DNA from: Pseudovirgaria hyperparasitica
Lineage: Eukaryota
Length of the DNA stretch: 64,000 nucleotides
Assembly (NCBI GenBank): GCA_010093815.1
Contig: ML996577.1
Reading direction: 5' to 3' (one strand)
Positions 13,601-26,577 of this stretch are shown here, one piece after another (within the stretch, counting starts at the first letter, position 1; every line of letters starts with the position of its first letter). The notes under the pieces were generated by a model. The model did not search any database. It was not told the DNA's origin and saw nothing but the letters and a program-made list of their open reading frames with translations. Position numbers and translations under genes: made by a program.

Positions 13601-15678
13601 GGCTCTCAAGCCTCAAAGGTTGTCTCGACTGGTCGACACTTCGCGGTTTTGACGTCTGGCACTACAGAACTCGGAACCATACAGATTGCGGATTCTTTGA
13701 ACTATACTGAATTAAGTAAACTGCAACATGGAGAGTTCATATCCCATATTGCATTCAACGTTACAGGAGAACTACTTGTATCCTGCGGGTATCATACCAC
13801 CAAGCTCTGGCACGTCCCATCTGGACACGTCCACACCAGTGTTCCTAGTCCCAAGGATACTAGAGTAATGGATGTTGTCTTCATCGACGGCAATACCATA
13901 TTAACCGCATCGGATGATAAATGGATCCGAAGGCTTGTGACCACTGACGTTGACCCTCAATGGTTCAAAGTCCAAACCGTAAAGGACGATTTCCAAATTC
14001 AAGGCGCATTCGCAAACGCACCATGCTTTATGGCATTCAATCAAAGTGCTTCGCAGATTGCAGTAGCATACAGAGGCTTTCCACTCTCTGTATATGGCAC
14101 AGAAGATCACGAGTTGGTTGGCAGATGCCGGCGCCACTACAGTAGCCCAACAGGTTCGAACAGTGGGTGGTCTGGAGTGGACCGCCTTTCATGGAATTCC
14201 TTGACTGGTTATATTCTCGGTCTGTACAACGATGGATGCGTTTTCAAGTGGAACCCTTTCGAGGACCAAAGTCATGAGCTTCGAAGGTCAGCAACTGAGA
14301 TTACTTGCAGCCCTGACGGTATGTATTTTGCAACCTGCGATAACTCTGGAACAATTGGGCTTTTCAATTTTGACAACTTCACATTGCTCTACAGTCTCTC
14401 GTCCGAAACGCCCTGTATAGGACTAGCGATCAGCTCAGATTGCCGTCGTATATATGATCTCCGAGAAAGTTCCTGTACCGTCTGGCAGCCGGATGCCCTA
14501 ACCAAGTTCTACGAAACAGAACATCATAATGAAGGTCCTATGAGCGATGTTGGAAGTAGTACCATATTTGCTCCTACTTGTATGAAACAGTCCGACTATT
14601 CGGAGCCTATCACAGCCGTAGCTGTCGCACCCAACGGCAACTTCTTCTGCACTGGTAACGAAGCTGGTGTTGTTACCTTTTATGATCGTAAGGGCGACGT
14701 GATCTGCGAAGTATTCAAGTCTCCCCGATGCATGATGATAGATCGACTGGCGTGGGATGATGACAACTCGAAGTTGGCCATCGCTGAACTGAGTGGCAAT
14801 GTCGCCATCAACACGTTCGACCCATCTGCTATAATGGGTAGGAACGAGACTGCACTATCACGTCGCACCCAGAGATCAAGCCTCAGTCTAATCTGGGCGG
14901 AATTAAACAACTACTGTTCAACTTGAACGGCTTATCTCTTTTAGTGGCACATGCTGAGGCAACGCAGATTTGGAATGTTAGCCAAGGCTCACTTCTTTTC
15001 ACCCTTGATGTGGATTATTCAATTGATATGAGATGGTCAAACATAACTAGAGATACCTCACGTCTCATAGGCTACGACTATAGCGGCCTCACCTCGTTTT
15101 CATGGGATAATAGATGTCGGGGTATCCGTATGCCCTTTGAACGTGGCATAGCGACTCCGGATGACCACTATCCTCAAACTAATGTTACGTCTCCTAAGGA
15201 CAGCACTATTGTTCAAGCTGTCCACAAATCACAACAACACAACTATGTCATAGTCGATGCTTTCGAAAGCACTGCAAGCAAATATCTTCGAGCGCCGATA
15301 ATCTTCGATGAGACCTCAATTCCCCTTACAGACACTATTGATGATATATCAACACCAACATCAGCCAAAAAACCTAGCATACGAACCATATGTATCCCGA
15401 AGGAAGTCACGCAGATCATCGAGCTTCCGCTTGGCATACTACAAAAGGACTTACTCGTGTTCCTGGACAAAGACTACTGGATCCGCACGTGGAGACTCAA
15501 TTCATCTACTACCGGGATAAACTTAATGAGAAACCTGAGACGCCATTTCTTTCTCCCGCGCGACTGGATCAGTTCTGAGTCACTATTATTTGCGCATTTG
15601 GCAACAGATGGCACTTTATTCTGTCCACAGAACGGGAAGATGGTTGTCATCAGTACAGCGCTAGCGTCGGGATGGTAA
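10667..15678 (+). pseudogene. Fungal NLR-type protein: N-terminal alpha/beta hydrolase (SesB/PGAP1-like) + NACHT + WD40 repeats; reading frame disrupted
   Basis: IILVHGLGG, FIVHSMGG and FLSTPHRGS hydrolase motifs. NACHT: PGTCGWIL, LPASGKS (Walker A), YWVIDALDEC (Walker B), SNFLWV, IHETARDF. Degenerate WD repeats follow. Introns at 11147-11200, 11252-11300, about 11590-11642 and 11809-11862 (GC-AG). Frameshift at about 11963 with no intron, and a second frame change at about 14840-14875. Start codon unresolved. Confidence 0.8.
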
Positions 15679-15778
15679 TGGATTTGCTTGCGCCTTCTAT
15701 AGATGGAATCTGCGCATGCTATGCAGCATGAATCATATAATCAGTTCTAACAGATTCACTTTTCCCCAATGTCCAGGA

Positions 15779-16096
15779 TTATGACTTTCCCTGACTCTTA
15801 GCCGCTGTCTCCTCCTGCAGCTTCTTCATATGCTTGCCATGATCCTGTACTTTCTCTTGATCGGCCTTAACACCAGCCTCGCTACTGCTAGCGAGCGACT
15901 CATGCCATTCGCCCTTTCCTTCCTTCTGTTTGCGCAGCTGGCTTTGCTTTTCTGATTCGATTTCCTCTGGTGAGCGGTTGCCGTCTTCTTTAAGGCGGAA
16001 TTGAGGCGTGTAGGAGATTGCACGCTTGGGTAATTTTGGCAGAGTTGAGGCGCTGTTGGCGAAGCGGCGCGCCGGGCGAAGGGTGTGAGTAAACAT
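15779..16096 (-). CDS. Small conserved fungal protein with probable mitochondrial targeting peptide
   Basis: ATG at 16096 gives an Arg/Ser/Ala-rich N-terminus (MFTHTLRPARRF...) followed by KQKEGKGEWHESLASSSEAGVKAD, a motif I recognise from a conserved family of small fungal proteins of unknown function. Confidence 0.7.
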   Translation of the reverse strand: MFTHTLRPARRFANSASTLPKLPKRAISYTPQFRLKEDGNRSPEEIESEKQSQLRKQKEGKGEWHESLASSSEAGVKADQEKVQDHGKHMKKLQEETAAKSQGKS

Positions 16097-19000
16097 CGTG
16101 AGGTTGTGAAGTGTGTGTTCGGAGAATAGGCTGGGGAAGTTACTCGAAGCTTGTGTATAGCCGAAGACTTTTTGGATGGCTTGAAACGAGTACACGGGGT
16201 TGGAGCGAAGATGGTGTTTAATATGCAGGTACTTGTGGTTTTGAAGCTAGGTGGGAGCTTTCAATGACGATCCACGATCCTCGGTAAAATGGCGACGTCA
16301 TCGCGACGACGCGCCTTTCCTTTCACGACTCTAGACAGACCATAAATGTGGAGACATTCAATTACCAAATTGAAATCACTACTCTTCGAAGTTCTGAGTT
16401 GAGCAAAGAATCCATGAAGCCATAAGTTCAATAGACACAGGTAATGTCAGATATGTCATTCTAGGAAGACGATGCACGAGAAGCGGTATCAACTTACAAA
16501 TTTGAATCCATCATCTCCCCCAGCAAAGGAGCACCGACTGTCAGCCGCAAACTTTATGGCGACACACAATTTGGTGAGGTACAATAAGACAGTCGTGAGC
16601 TTGTGGGACTGAGGTGTCGCATTTCGTACTTAAAAACCCACAGTCTGACTGGAGTGTGCCTCGTTATGCGTAGTTCTCGGTTGGTTCCCCGGATAGGCCA
16701 GGTCATCCAGTATAGACAACGAGGCTACCTGCACACATCTATGCATTGTGCACGCCGTCAGCCTGACATGCAGCTGTGTTTCAGACTTCTGACTGAGTCG
16801 CACCCCAACAATTTGTCTTTCCCACATCATGAGAAGGAATCCACGCGTTTGAGCCAGATGCATGGAGCTTTTTGCATTACGGCGTCTTTGATAAGATGGT
16901 GTTACTAGAGACTTGTACCTAAGTCTTTGTATCGCACTAGTCCATAACAGGATAGTGCAGCTTCTAAGAATCCCAACTTCAACATCATCGTTCGGCGATC
17001 TACATCGTGGCTCGTACAAAGGCTGTGCAAGGCGCAGCACGGCTCATTGATCCGATATCATCAATTCCTTTGCTATTTATCTGATCGTGATTTGACACAT
17101 CCAACCCCTCCGAATCGACAGCCCTAACGCCCTGCATGCCGCACAATGGACTCATATGATTTTCGCCACATGCTATCGAGAGGTTATTCCAGTGCCCAGC
17201 CACAAAAAGGTACTGCGCCTCGTGATTATTGTGTTTTTATGTTTATTCTATAACAATGACATTGGGTTGGCTGTGGAGATGATCTTCATTATATACGAGT
17301 TACGAAGAGCGATCAGACCGTGTATTCCCTCACATCAACACGCCAATTTTGTAGTCTCCCTATTGCTCCTGGACATGTCGGAGCATTGGTTGTCCCTGTA
17401 CGCTTCGAAAACAGGACCATCGGTGTCGCACTGGAGGATTGAAGTTATCTCGCAATATAATCGCCTTGCACGTGGTAGGGACAGCTCCTTTACGCGTATC
17501 CAGGGTCACAAAGCTGTACGAGGGTTTTTCGGGAGGACTTGGCCGTCATTATCCTACAGAAGTATTCATTTCTTTAGGACCTTGGGAATCCATTGTTTGA
17601 CTGAACGCGATGTGTTTCCCCACATGAACACAGATCATTGACTACGATATAGATCTGTGTCACTGTTAAGCATGGTATTCACATGGACCATGTGTGCCGA
17701 TGTAATAAAAGTAGTATCACCAACGACGGAGGCCTGTTAGTAAAGGATTGCACGGCCGTACTAAGGGGAGTTAGCCATAAAAAGAATGCTTCTGCCACGG
17801 CAAAATCTCACTCACATTTTGAGTAGAGGCTCATCACGCACAAGGATAGGGTTGCGCCCTGCGAACCAGGGTTGGCACCATCGCACTGTACTGGAGCAGT
17901 AAAAGCGTCCAATTCCACCAACAAGAAATCCCGAAAGTGGTTTAATTTGGTGGACGGAAAGCGGTGGTGGCGAATAATCCTACAAGACTTCTAGAAGGTC
18001 ATCCGTTGAAAGAGCTCGGCATGCGGGAATCGTTCTGCGGAATGCCGATCATGAAGCCACGAATCGACACACGGCGCCCCCGTAGCTTTGCTCACTGCTC
18101 ACCGTTAATGATCGGCACTCCACCATGGAAAGACTGTATTTCGTACTGAAAAGACGCGGTGAAATAGCACAATTGCATTTCCTGTTCTCGAGTATGCGAC
18201 TCCCGTTTGCGTGTTCGAGATCTCATGGCAGCCCACTGAATGTGAATCTCGTTATATATCTTATTCTCATTTTAGCCATTGCGCCCGAACTGCTTCGGAA
18301 GGAATGCAGCTTGTCGACCAATATACGACCATGGTATATGACTTTGTCCCGGGCCTAACCAATCCTAGAGAGTGTCCGCAAAATTGAGTCTGAAACTCAC
18401 CGTCAAATAGATATAAGGTGTCTGATAGTATAATGAGTATCCAGAACATCGGTGTACTCAAAGATGAGCGTTCGAGCCTAAAAACGAGATATGAGCGTTT
18501 GAAGAGTGTAGAGATAAAGTTGTTCATAGGTATATACATTGTGATTGGCCGCTTGAAAGGAGCGCCCTCGCCACATTCACCTGGGTCAACCAAGCCACAC
18601 CACGTGATACGTCCGCGATCCCTCTTCCGGCAAAGTGTACGCGGTTTGACGTCCATCCTTTGCATGACGCCAACGTCTGTTGCATCGCACATTTCGCGCA
18701 ATCCGATGCGATGACTGGCTACAGACGACGACGGGTCGTTGGGCTTGATTACATAGTCTCATATTGAGACTAAAATAGGAAGCGTGAGAGTTTCTCAATT
18801 GCATCCTGCATGCTTGGGTCGAACATTTCCAGCCGCTTGGTTTCGCTACGTACAAGGGGCTTCATGGGCCATCCCACCGTTCCTTCATTGCGTTATGTTT
18901 AGTACCAATCCCCAGATTCGCTACCGTCGAGCGGTGTGTCAGCCTTATCAGAAGCAATGGGTGCATCACAGCCTGGAGTCACAGGGGCCTCAGGTCCCCT

Positions 19001-19573
19001 GGCCCATGTTTCTCGGCCCGCTAAACGTGTATTGACTTGCCACAGTACTTCTTCAGGCATGGCTTACTCTGCTTGGTTCCTGATGTGTTTGTAGTACATG
19101 CCTCAGCCTCACGCAAATCGTTGGAAAATCATTGTGGAGAACTTCGCGAGCAACCTCCGACTCAAGCCCGTCATAAGAATAACCATACCTTTCCTTTCAC
19201 TTCTTCTAACTATTAGAGTCTATTCTATGTTCCGCTATCTTTCAGGACTTCTGTATTCTTCAATTGTCATCAAATAACATTGAGGATTGGAGACCTCTGC
19301 ATTGTCGACTGGCGTACCCTAATTGACATAGAGCAAGATTTAGGCATACTCAGCTGGCATATACGTCTCGCGTACACTGATTCATACACTGATGTTAATC
19401 AGTGGGTGTACTTGAACACATTCCAACATATGTTTGTGGATACAACCTGGTAGTTCCTGATCTAGGCACAACCCTCGTCAAACGTCACCAATATCTCTCA
19501 TTGTCTTTTGACCGTTCTCATAGCAGTCACCTTGGGCGACTCGAATTCCATCTCGTCCAGGAAAAAATTGGAG

Positions 19574-21009
19574 ATGCCAGAAAAGAAGGGTCAAGGATCA
19601 AGATCATATCACAAAAAAAGTCGTAATGGATGCGCGCAATGTAAGAGTATCAGAAAAAAGGTATTTTGCCCCCATCGAGAGTTCCCGGGGCAAAGCTCTC
19701 TTATTTGAAATATATGCTGAAGCGCGAATCAGTGCGATGAGAGACCACCTCGTTGTAGTAATTGTGTGAGAAGAAAGGTGACATGTGAATATGAATCCAT
19801 GAGAATCGAGGGGCCACGACCGAGATCTGTTGGCTCTCGCTCGACTCCGTCAATCACACCACCTGTAAGAAGTCCAGCATCTTTTCCTGGAGCAACGTGA
19901 GTCGTCTACGTCGTGTATATGAAATGGAGAGCTGAACAATCGATGTCAGACCTGCACCGCCAGAAGCTAGAGAATCATCGATGATGTCGAATGACTGGCT
20001 CAGTTCATTCATGCCTCCTCAGTGTCCGACGCAGCACCAGGAGACCCAGCTCATGGCATACTATCAACAATATACGTTCCGAACTTTTGCCACACTCGAC
20101 TATCAGAATTTCCAGCACGTCTGGGAACAGGTAGTACCAAACCAAGCCCAACATCACAACTTCCTTAAGCACGCCGTTCTCTCGATAGCAGCCCTCCACT
20201 CGGCCCACTCGAACCCTATAGAAGCAGCGCATTATGCGTTCCTAGCTCGAAGCCACCACGAACATGCAATGCAGCTCTTCTACTCTGTCGGCACAACCAT
20301 CACTGCAGAAAACGCCACCGCCGTCCTCGGCTTCGCCTTCTTTCAAGTCATCTATCGCTTCGGCAGTCCCTTCGTCCCCGGTCTTCCAAGTCCCCTTGAC
20401 GTCGTCGACGCCTTCAACCAAGTCATAGTCGTGCTCTCCCTCTTCTGGCGCCTCCTCCCCGAGGCTCGACCACTCATCGCCTCCACCTCTGTCACACGCC
20501 TGGTGTCCCAAGCAGACTTCGTGCCCGCCTACACCCCCGGCGAGACATACTCGCACCTGTTCGAAGCCATCGAGACTGCAAACAACCTCTCTTCCGACCC
20601 CCTGGCCGACAAAACCGCCTACCAGGCTTCCACCCTCGAACTCAGGCGCCTCTTCGCGATTCCCTTCGTCCCAGTGTCTTGGTCCCTTATTCTGTCGTGG
20701 CCGATCCGCGCCCCAGGGCGTATAATGGAGCTTTTGCGGCTGAAGCGTCCGCTGGCGCTCGTGCATCTGGCGTATTGGTGCGTGCCGATTCACCATGCAT
20801 GTAGCGCACCCGAGCAGTGGTTTCTGGGCGGATGGAGTCGCAAGATGGTGCTGTATATTGCACGGTGCATTGAGGCGGAGTATAGGGGTTTGATGAAGTG
20901 GCCGTTGGATCAGATTGGGGTTAATGTGGTGCCGGGGAGTCAGAGTGCGAGTGAACCGAGTACGTCGATGAGTCCGCCGGTGATGAGGAGGATGGCTTCA
21001 GATCGCTGA
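19574..21009 (+). CDS. Zn2Cys6 transcription factor, Upc2/sterol-uptake-regulator-like, 3 exons
   Basis: RSYHKKSRNGCAQCKSIRKK|CDERPPRCSNCVRRKVTCEY is split by an intron at 19661-19732, with a second intron at about 19897-19949. The C-terminal domain has FLKHAVLSIAALH and ALVHLAYW. Confidence 0.87.
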
Positions 21010-21592
21010 ATGGGATGAGTGGGAGATGGCCTGCGGAGACTTCTTGAGAGCGGGCATGAATGTACACCTGGGTTGAGCATACTCGCACTGCTGGACACCG
21101 TAGTATGGATCGAACGGTTATCGCATTCAGTTCATGGTTCAGAGTCTTTTCAATACCCCTTCTTTTACTTTGGCTCGAATATACTTCCAGGCCGAGATGC
21201 ACCTCAAGGCTTGATGCCTGCGGTTGCCTTAGCATGCTCTCCTAATGTATCGTACAAGTGTTCAACTCACAGCCTATGACTTCACCAAGTGCTAACCCTA
21301 TCGCTAGGTCTTAGTTTTGCTCGTTCTAATGGCTGCCCCCTGCCGAAAGATGCAGTCTCATCTCACTACGTTTCCTAACCTTGTCGGGCCGGAGGCGTTG
21401 TAGAACAGGAGTAGATAGAAACTTCTTATCGGCCAAAATAGCATGAGGCGAGAGCCTAGGTCGACGTACACTTAGCCATGGTGATAAATGAGTCAAGGTC
21501 GACATACTCGGAAGTCACGTGTTTCCATAATGCAATATAAAGTATATTACAACGATCTATGTTGCATTTTCAGGATGCTGTATGGTTGTTCT

Positions 21593-22516
21593 TTACTCAT
21601 CAAAATTCGGGTCTGCCTTCTTGCCTAGTCCGTGCTCCTTGAGAAGAGTATCGATCTCTTCCGCGCCCCACAGGTGATGATAGATCTTGCCCTCCTTTGT
21701 CCTGCCTACGGTCGCAAACTCGACTGGTGGACAAGTTAGTATTGTACAACAGCTTGGTCAACATCATAACGTACTCTTCTCGCTACTCAGTGTCGTTGAA
21801 TCCATCGTCTTGCTCAACACCTTGACGGCCAAGCCACATGCTTCTTTCAGGTCACACTCCTCTTTGTAATCTTGTTTCAACAGACTCTGCGCGCTCGCAT
21901 TGTTGGCACCCACGCTTGTTGCCTTCCAGCCACCGTAATTCCCGCTGGGGTTGCTCTGATACAACTGAAATTGTCGTTGAGGGTCCCAGCCGGCATAGAT
22001 GAAGGAGACACCAAAGGGACGCAGACCACCATGCTGAGTATAGCCTTGCTTGAGATCACATAATCTTCGTACGAGCTGTTCGCAAGGAATGTCTTCGTTA
22101 TAGGTAAGGAGGTATCGCTGGGCAGCTTGACGGGCGTAGTTGATGAGGATGTTGGCATCGGCGGTCATTCCGGCGACAGCGCAGATCATATTACTGTAGC
22201 CCAGTGTCAGAAATATTCTGACAAGGCTTTACGATAGAAAGCGTAGTAGCATACTCGTTTAGAATGTACAACTTCTCTGCTGAGGTGTCTTGTTCGAGCA
22301 GCTTGCTGGTGACTTTCCGCTCGGCGGCGAGTACGATTCCATCCTGCGCTAAGATTCCCAGAGCTGTACCGGCGTGAGAAATGGCCTCTAGAGCATATTC
22401 TACCTGGTACAGACGGCCTTCTGGAGAGAAGATTGTAGTCTACATGAAAGCGTGAGCAACTCAGACTAGGGCAGCCAACGAGCAACACATACCCTCGAAT
22501 CGTATCTCCGAGACAT
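21593..22516 (-). CDS. PRE9: 20S proteasome subunit alpha-3
   Basis: [32 protein letters not shown]...[18 protein letters not shown]...[10 protein letters not shown]...[12 protein letters not shown]; three introns. Confidence 0.96.
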
Positions 22517-22785
22517 GGCGAGCGGTAGTTGGTGGTACTTGGGTGCAGGAATACGGTGCAGAGTAGTTAAAGAAGTGAACGGTTAGCAGTTATTGACAGC
22601 TCGGTTGACTTGACGCTGGATCAAGGCAGCTCGAACGCGTTGGCGGTCGGAGCTTCGATGCCAAGGCCCTAAGTTAATCCGAATCGCCAGCTAGATTCAA
22701 GGTGCTGCAAGTCCCTCGTCGCGACATCCGTTGATTCTCGCTAAGTTAAAGCCATAGACTTGATGCGGTCGTGAAGCTCGAGAAT

Positions 22786-24535
22786 ATGTTGAAGTCCACC
22801 CACAAACAAGTGCAGTTTGCTCCTGCGCAGGACGCGCTACCAGACGGGTGGACAGAGCACAAAGCTCCGACAGGTAGGTTGTGCAGCCTCAAGAGAGGAC
22901 AACTGGAGATTTCTCATACTGACATTCTTGACTGAAGGTCATACATACTACTACAATGCCTCTACTGGTCAGTCGACATACCAACGTCCTGTGTCTGCTC
23001 CAGAACCAGTACAACCAGGCGCAGCTACTCATTCGACCGAGCACAACTACATTCCCCTTGGCTTTGACTCTCAACAGAATCTTCAACATGTTGATCGATT
23101 TAGCCAGACAAGTTTTAGGGGCGGCATCAGCGGGAGAGGGAACTACAGAGGCGGACGCGACTTCCAAGATAGACGACGACAGCAAGCTGACGATCGCCCA
23201 AAACATAAATCTGCGATTCCAGGTTACACACCATGGGTTCTGGTTAAAACCAAGATGAAGAGGCGTTTTGTATATAATCCGGATACCAACGAGAGCTTCT
23301 GGAGGATTCCTGAGGACCTCATGAAAGGCGTAGTGGAGCTTGAGAGGATAGAACGGGAAAGGAAGGAACGTCGACAGCGTGGAGAACCAAGTGATGACGA
23401 GGGAGAGAAAGTTTTGACTTTCGATAACAAGAATTCACGCCATGAAGATAGTGAAGAGTACGAGGAGGTTGAAATTACTGAAGAGGAAGACAGTGAAGAT
23501 GATCGTACATCCAAGAAGCAGAGGACGATCGGAGATATGGAAGATCAGCCAGTCGAGTTTGATGAAGATGATATTGCATACCAGCTGAAGATGATGGGTC
23601 AAGACTATGGACTAGATCCTGCAGAGTACGGTAATCCATATGAGGAGGAACTAGAAGAGGGCGCGGAGGGTATACCATTGACCGAAGATGATACGAAGGC
23701 GTTGTTCAGGGACATGCTTGATGACTACGGCATAAACCCCTATACCCCATGGGAGACTTTGATCGAAGAAGGTCGGATACTACAGGATGATCGCTACACA
23801 GTTTACACTAATATGAAAGCTCGTAAAGATGCTTGGAGCGACTGGAGTAAAGACAAGATGCAGATCCTGAAACAACAGCGAGAGAAGCAAGCAAAGCAGG
23901 ATCCTCGAATTCCGTATTTGGAATTTTTGCAAAACCATGCGTCGCCGAAGTTGTTCTGGGCAGAGTTCAAGCGAAAGTATCGGAAGGAGCCTGAAATGCG
24001 CGACTCGAAGTTGTCGGACAAAGATCGCGAGAAATGGTATCGTGAGCACATTAGCAGACTTAAACTGTCTTCTAGTACACTCAAATCAGATTTAACTGCG
24101 CTCCTGAAAGCGGCGCCCTTATCTGCACTTAATCGGTCAACGCAGCTAGGCGCTCTGCCATCTTCTATTTTGAGCGATATACGGTATATTTCTCTTCCGG
24201 CATTGACACGAGATTCTCTAGTCCAAACATGGATATCAACTTTGCCACCAGCCCCTGAGACTTCAGAGTTGAATGCGGAAGAAAGTGAAGAAGCTTCGAA
24301 AAGGCGAGCAGACCGGGAGCGCCGAGAAAAGGCACTTGCAGCTCGAGAGAAGCTCGTCGAAGAGCAGAAGCGGCGGCAGCAAAAAGAGTTAAGTTATGGT
24401 CGAGGACGAATGCGCGAAGAGGAGCGTGAGCTTGCCAGAGCAAATCAAGTTACTAAAACCGGTCTCAAGGGACACTTTCAGGATGCGGATGAAGACATCC
24501 AAGCCGCAGGAGGCCGTGGAGTTGAAGAAACATAG
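22786..24535 (+). CDS. WW- and FF-domain protein (TCERG1/Urn1/Dre4-like splicing/transcription elongation factor)
   Basis: MLKSTHK...LPDGWTEHKAPT|GHTYYYN...STYQRP WW domain (intron 22874-22937); second WW-like WVLVKTK...ESFW; FF-like FRDMLDDYGINPYTPWE. Confidence 0.87.
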
Positions 24536-24839
24536 CCAATAGCATAGTCTGTCATGCGAACATAGCTTTATTGCTAAAGGCACTGCAGTATTCTCGTATT
24601 AATATGGCATATTCAAGGCCATCTACAGGTGCTGATTGAGTATCACGACTTGCTGCAATAACACCCTGAATGCGATCTCAGATCATTTATTGATAGTCCC
24701 GCCAATTCTGGTTAGCGCAAGTATCACCAGTATAGTGCGGTGCGCTAGTAATTGACCGCATCCATACACTGATCCGTGATTCACTTCTGGAGCTGCACAA
24801 CGTTGGAACAACAAACATAATTAACGTTAAAAGATAAAC

Positions 24840-26349
24840 ATGAGATCCTCTAGATGGGCACCGAAACCTGTGCCAGGGGCAGAAAATGAAAACAAAATCG
24901 CGCCAGAAGTGAAAAGCCAGGAGCAACCCGCACCCGCGCCTGCACTTCAACTTGCGCCCGCAATGCAAGAGCCAGCACCTCTAGGGACAGAAACAATAGC
25001 AGAGCCTCTGCCTCAGGAGATACAATCCGTATGTAACTTCCATCCCTACGTTGCATTTGGCCTAACAACGAATAAGCAAACCTTTGACGCATATGATCCT
25101 ATGATGGATGAGTTCTCTCAAACACGCGAAGATGACGATTTGTTCGCCGACGATGTCGTTCCTGTGGTAGATGCCTCGACGGTCGTCATAGAAGCACCTT
25201 CTGAGGCTGTGGTTCCAGACATTAAAAGCATACCGACAGGCCCAGCGGCGCACTCAAGAGGACGAGGCGGGCGAGGAAGAGGCAGAGGTAGAGGCAGTAA
25301 TCACATACATCACAATGAAAAGAAAGACATCGCGGAAGGCAACACTGTCGAAAAAGAGAATGGCGCAGGCGTTGCGACAACGACTGCCAATGCCACGGCT
25401 ACGATGTCATCACCTACAGACGATGCGAAAGAGACCCCAGTGCAGCCTCCACGAAAGGAGGGAGCTGTAAGAGGAGATAGGAGCAAGACAGGTGGTGTGA
25501 AGAAGGTAAGATCATATGCAAACCTGTGAACCATAGCACCAATATTCGCACATCAGCTACTGACCTACTTCTCAGGCCAAACTCACAGAGGCCGAACTCT
25601 CCGCTAAGATGGCATCTATGTCGCTTCTAAACGCTACTAAACTTGCCGCTCATACCCGTGCCGAAGCTGACCGAAGAGAATCCGACGAACGCGAGGCGCG
25701 TGCTGCAGAGGAGAGCCAGAAGCGTCGCGCAGCAACCGCGGCTAAGCAGAAGGTAGAGCGAGCCACACGGACTGAAATGCTTGGGGAACGAGAGAAGAAC
25801 AGACAGCGCAAGATGAACGCACTGACTGGAAGAGAGTGGGATGCTGAGAAAGAAGAGGGCTTTGGTGGCACTGGTGATGAAGCAAGAAGAGGCAATAGGA
25901 GGGGGGCGTACGGAGGCGTCGTGCAGGACCGACGACCTCAAGCCACAGAAACTTCTGAGGGAGGTGTTGAAGATGTGAATTCGCACTCGGCTTCTGGACC
26001 CGCTTCCCGTGGCCGTGGAAAGGGACGGGGACGCGGTGATCGAGGTGGTCGTGGGGTCCGAGGAGGAAGAGGAGACACGAATGGAAGTGCACCCCGCAAA
26101 GATCAAAACCAGGTACCGCCACCGTCAGCGAATGACTTCCCTGATTTGCCGCCGTCGACGAAGCCTGCACAAACCGACTCGGGGGCACCGAATCCAATGA
26201 CATTCCCTAAAAAGGCGCAGCTCGAGAAAACAGTGGACACCGAAGCAAAGAAGGTCTCCGAGACAGCTGTGCCGTGGAGTCCAGATACACCAGTAGACGG
26301 ATCGAAGCGGAGTTGGGCTGACCAAGTGGAAAGAGAAGGGAACAGATGA
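24840..26349 (+). CDS. Conserved fungal hypothetical protein, RGG-rich, low complexity (possible RNA-binding)
   Basis: ORFs 24840-25529 and 25609-26349 join via intron 25506-25575; a probable in-frame 48-nt intron lies at 25029-25076. Contains DEFSQTREDDDLF, AVRGDRSKTGG, EREKNRQRKM...GREWDAEK and two RGRG tracts. Confidence 0.72.
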
Positions 26350-26577
26350 ATGACCTGCTGAAGCCATGATCTAGGAAAGGGTCATCATCTTGTAACTAAT
26401 ACATATAGTGCTGTGGTCTTGACTAGTGTGCATGACCGTAACCTATACCAAAGGATATATATCCTGACAAAATCGAGAAACGACGTGCGAATGACTTAAC
26501 TATAAGGATTCTGTCCATATTTACCATGCCGCCGACCTTGTCACGTCAATATATACAAATAATGCTATCGCACCGCG

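Noticed and set aside
16600..19035. Several 60-160 aa ORFs in a 3-kb intergenic stretch, and a GGGTTGCGCCC...CACCA segment near 17850
   Set aside because: No domain motifs or consistent codon bias; the segment does not fold as a tRNA cloverleaf.
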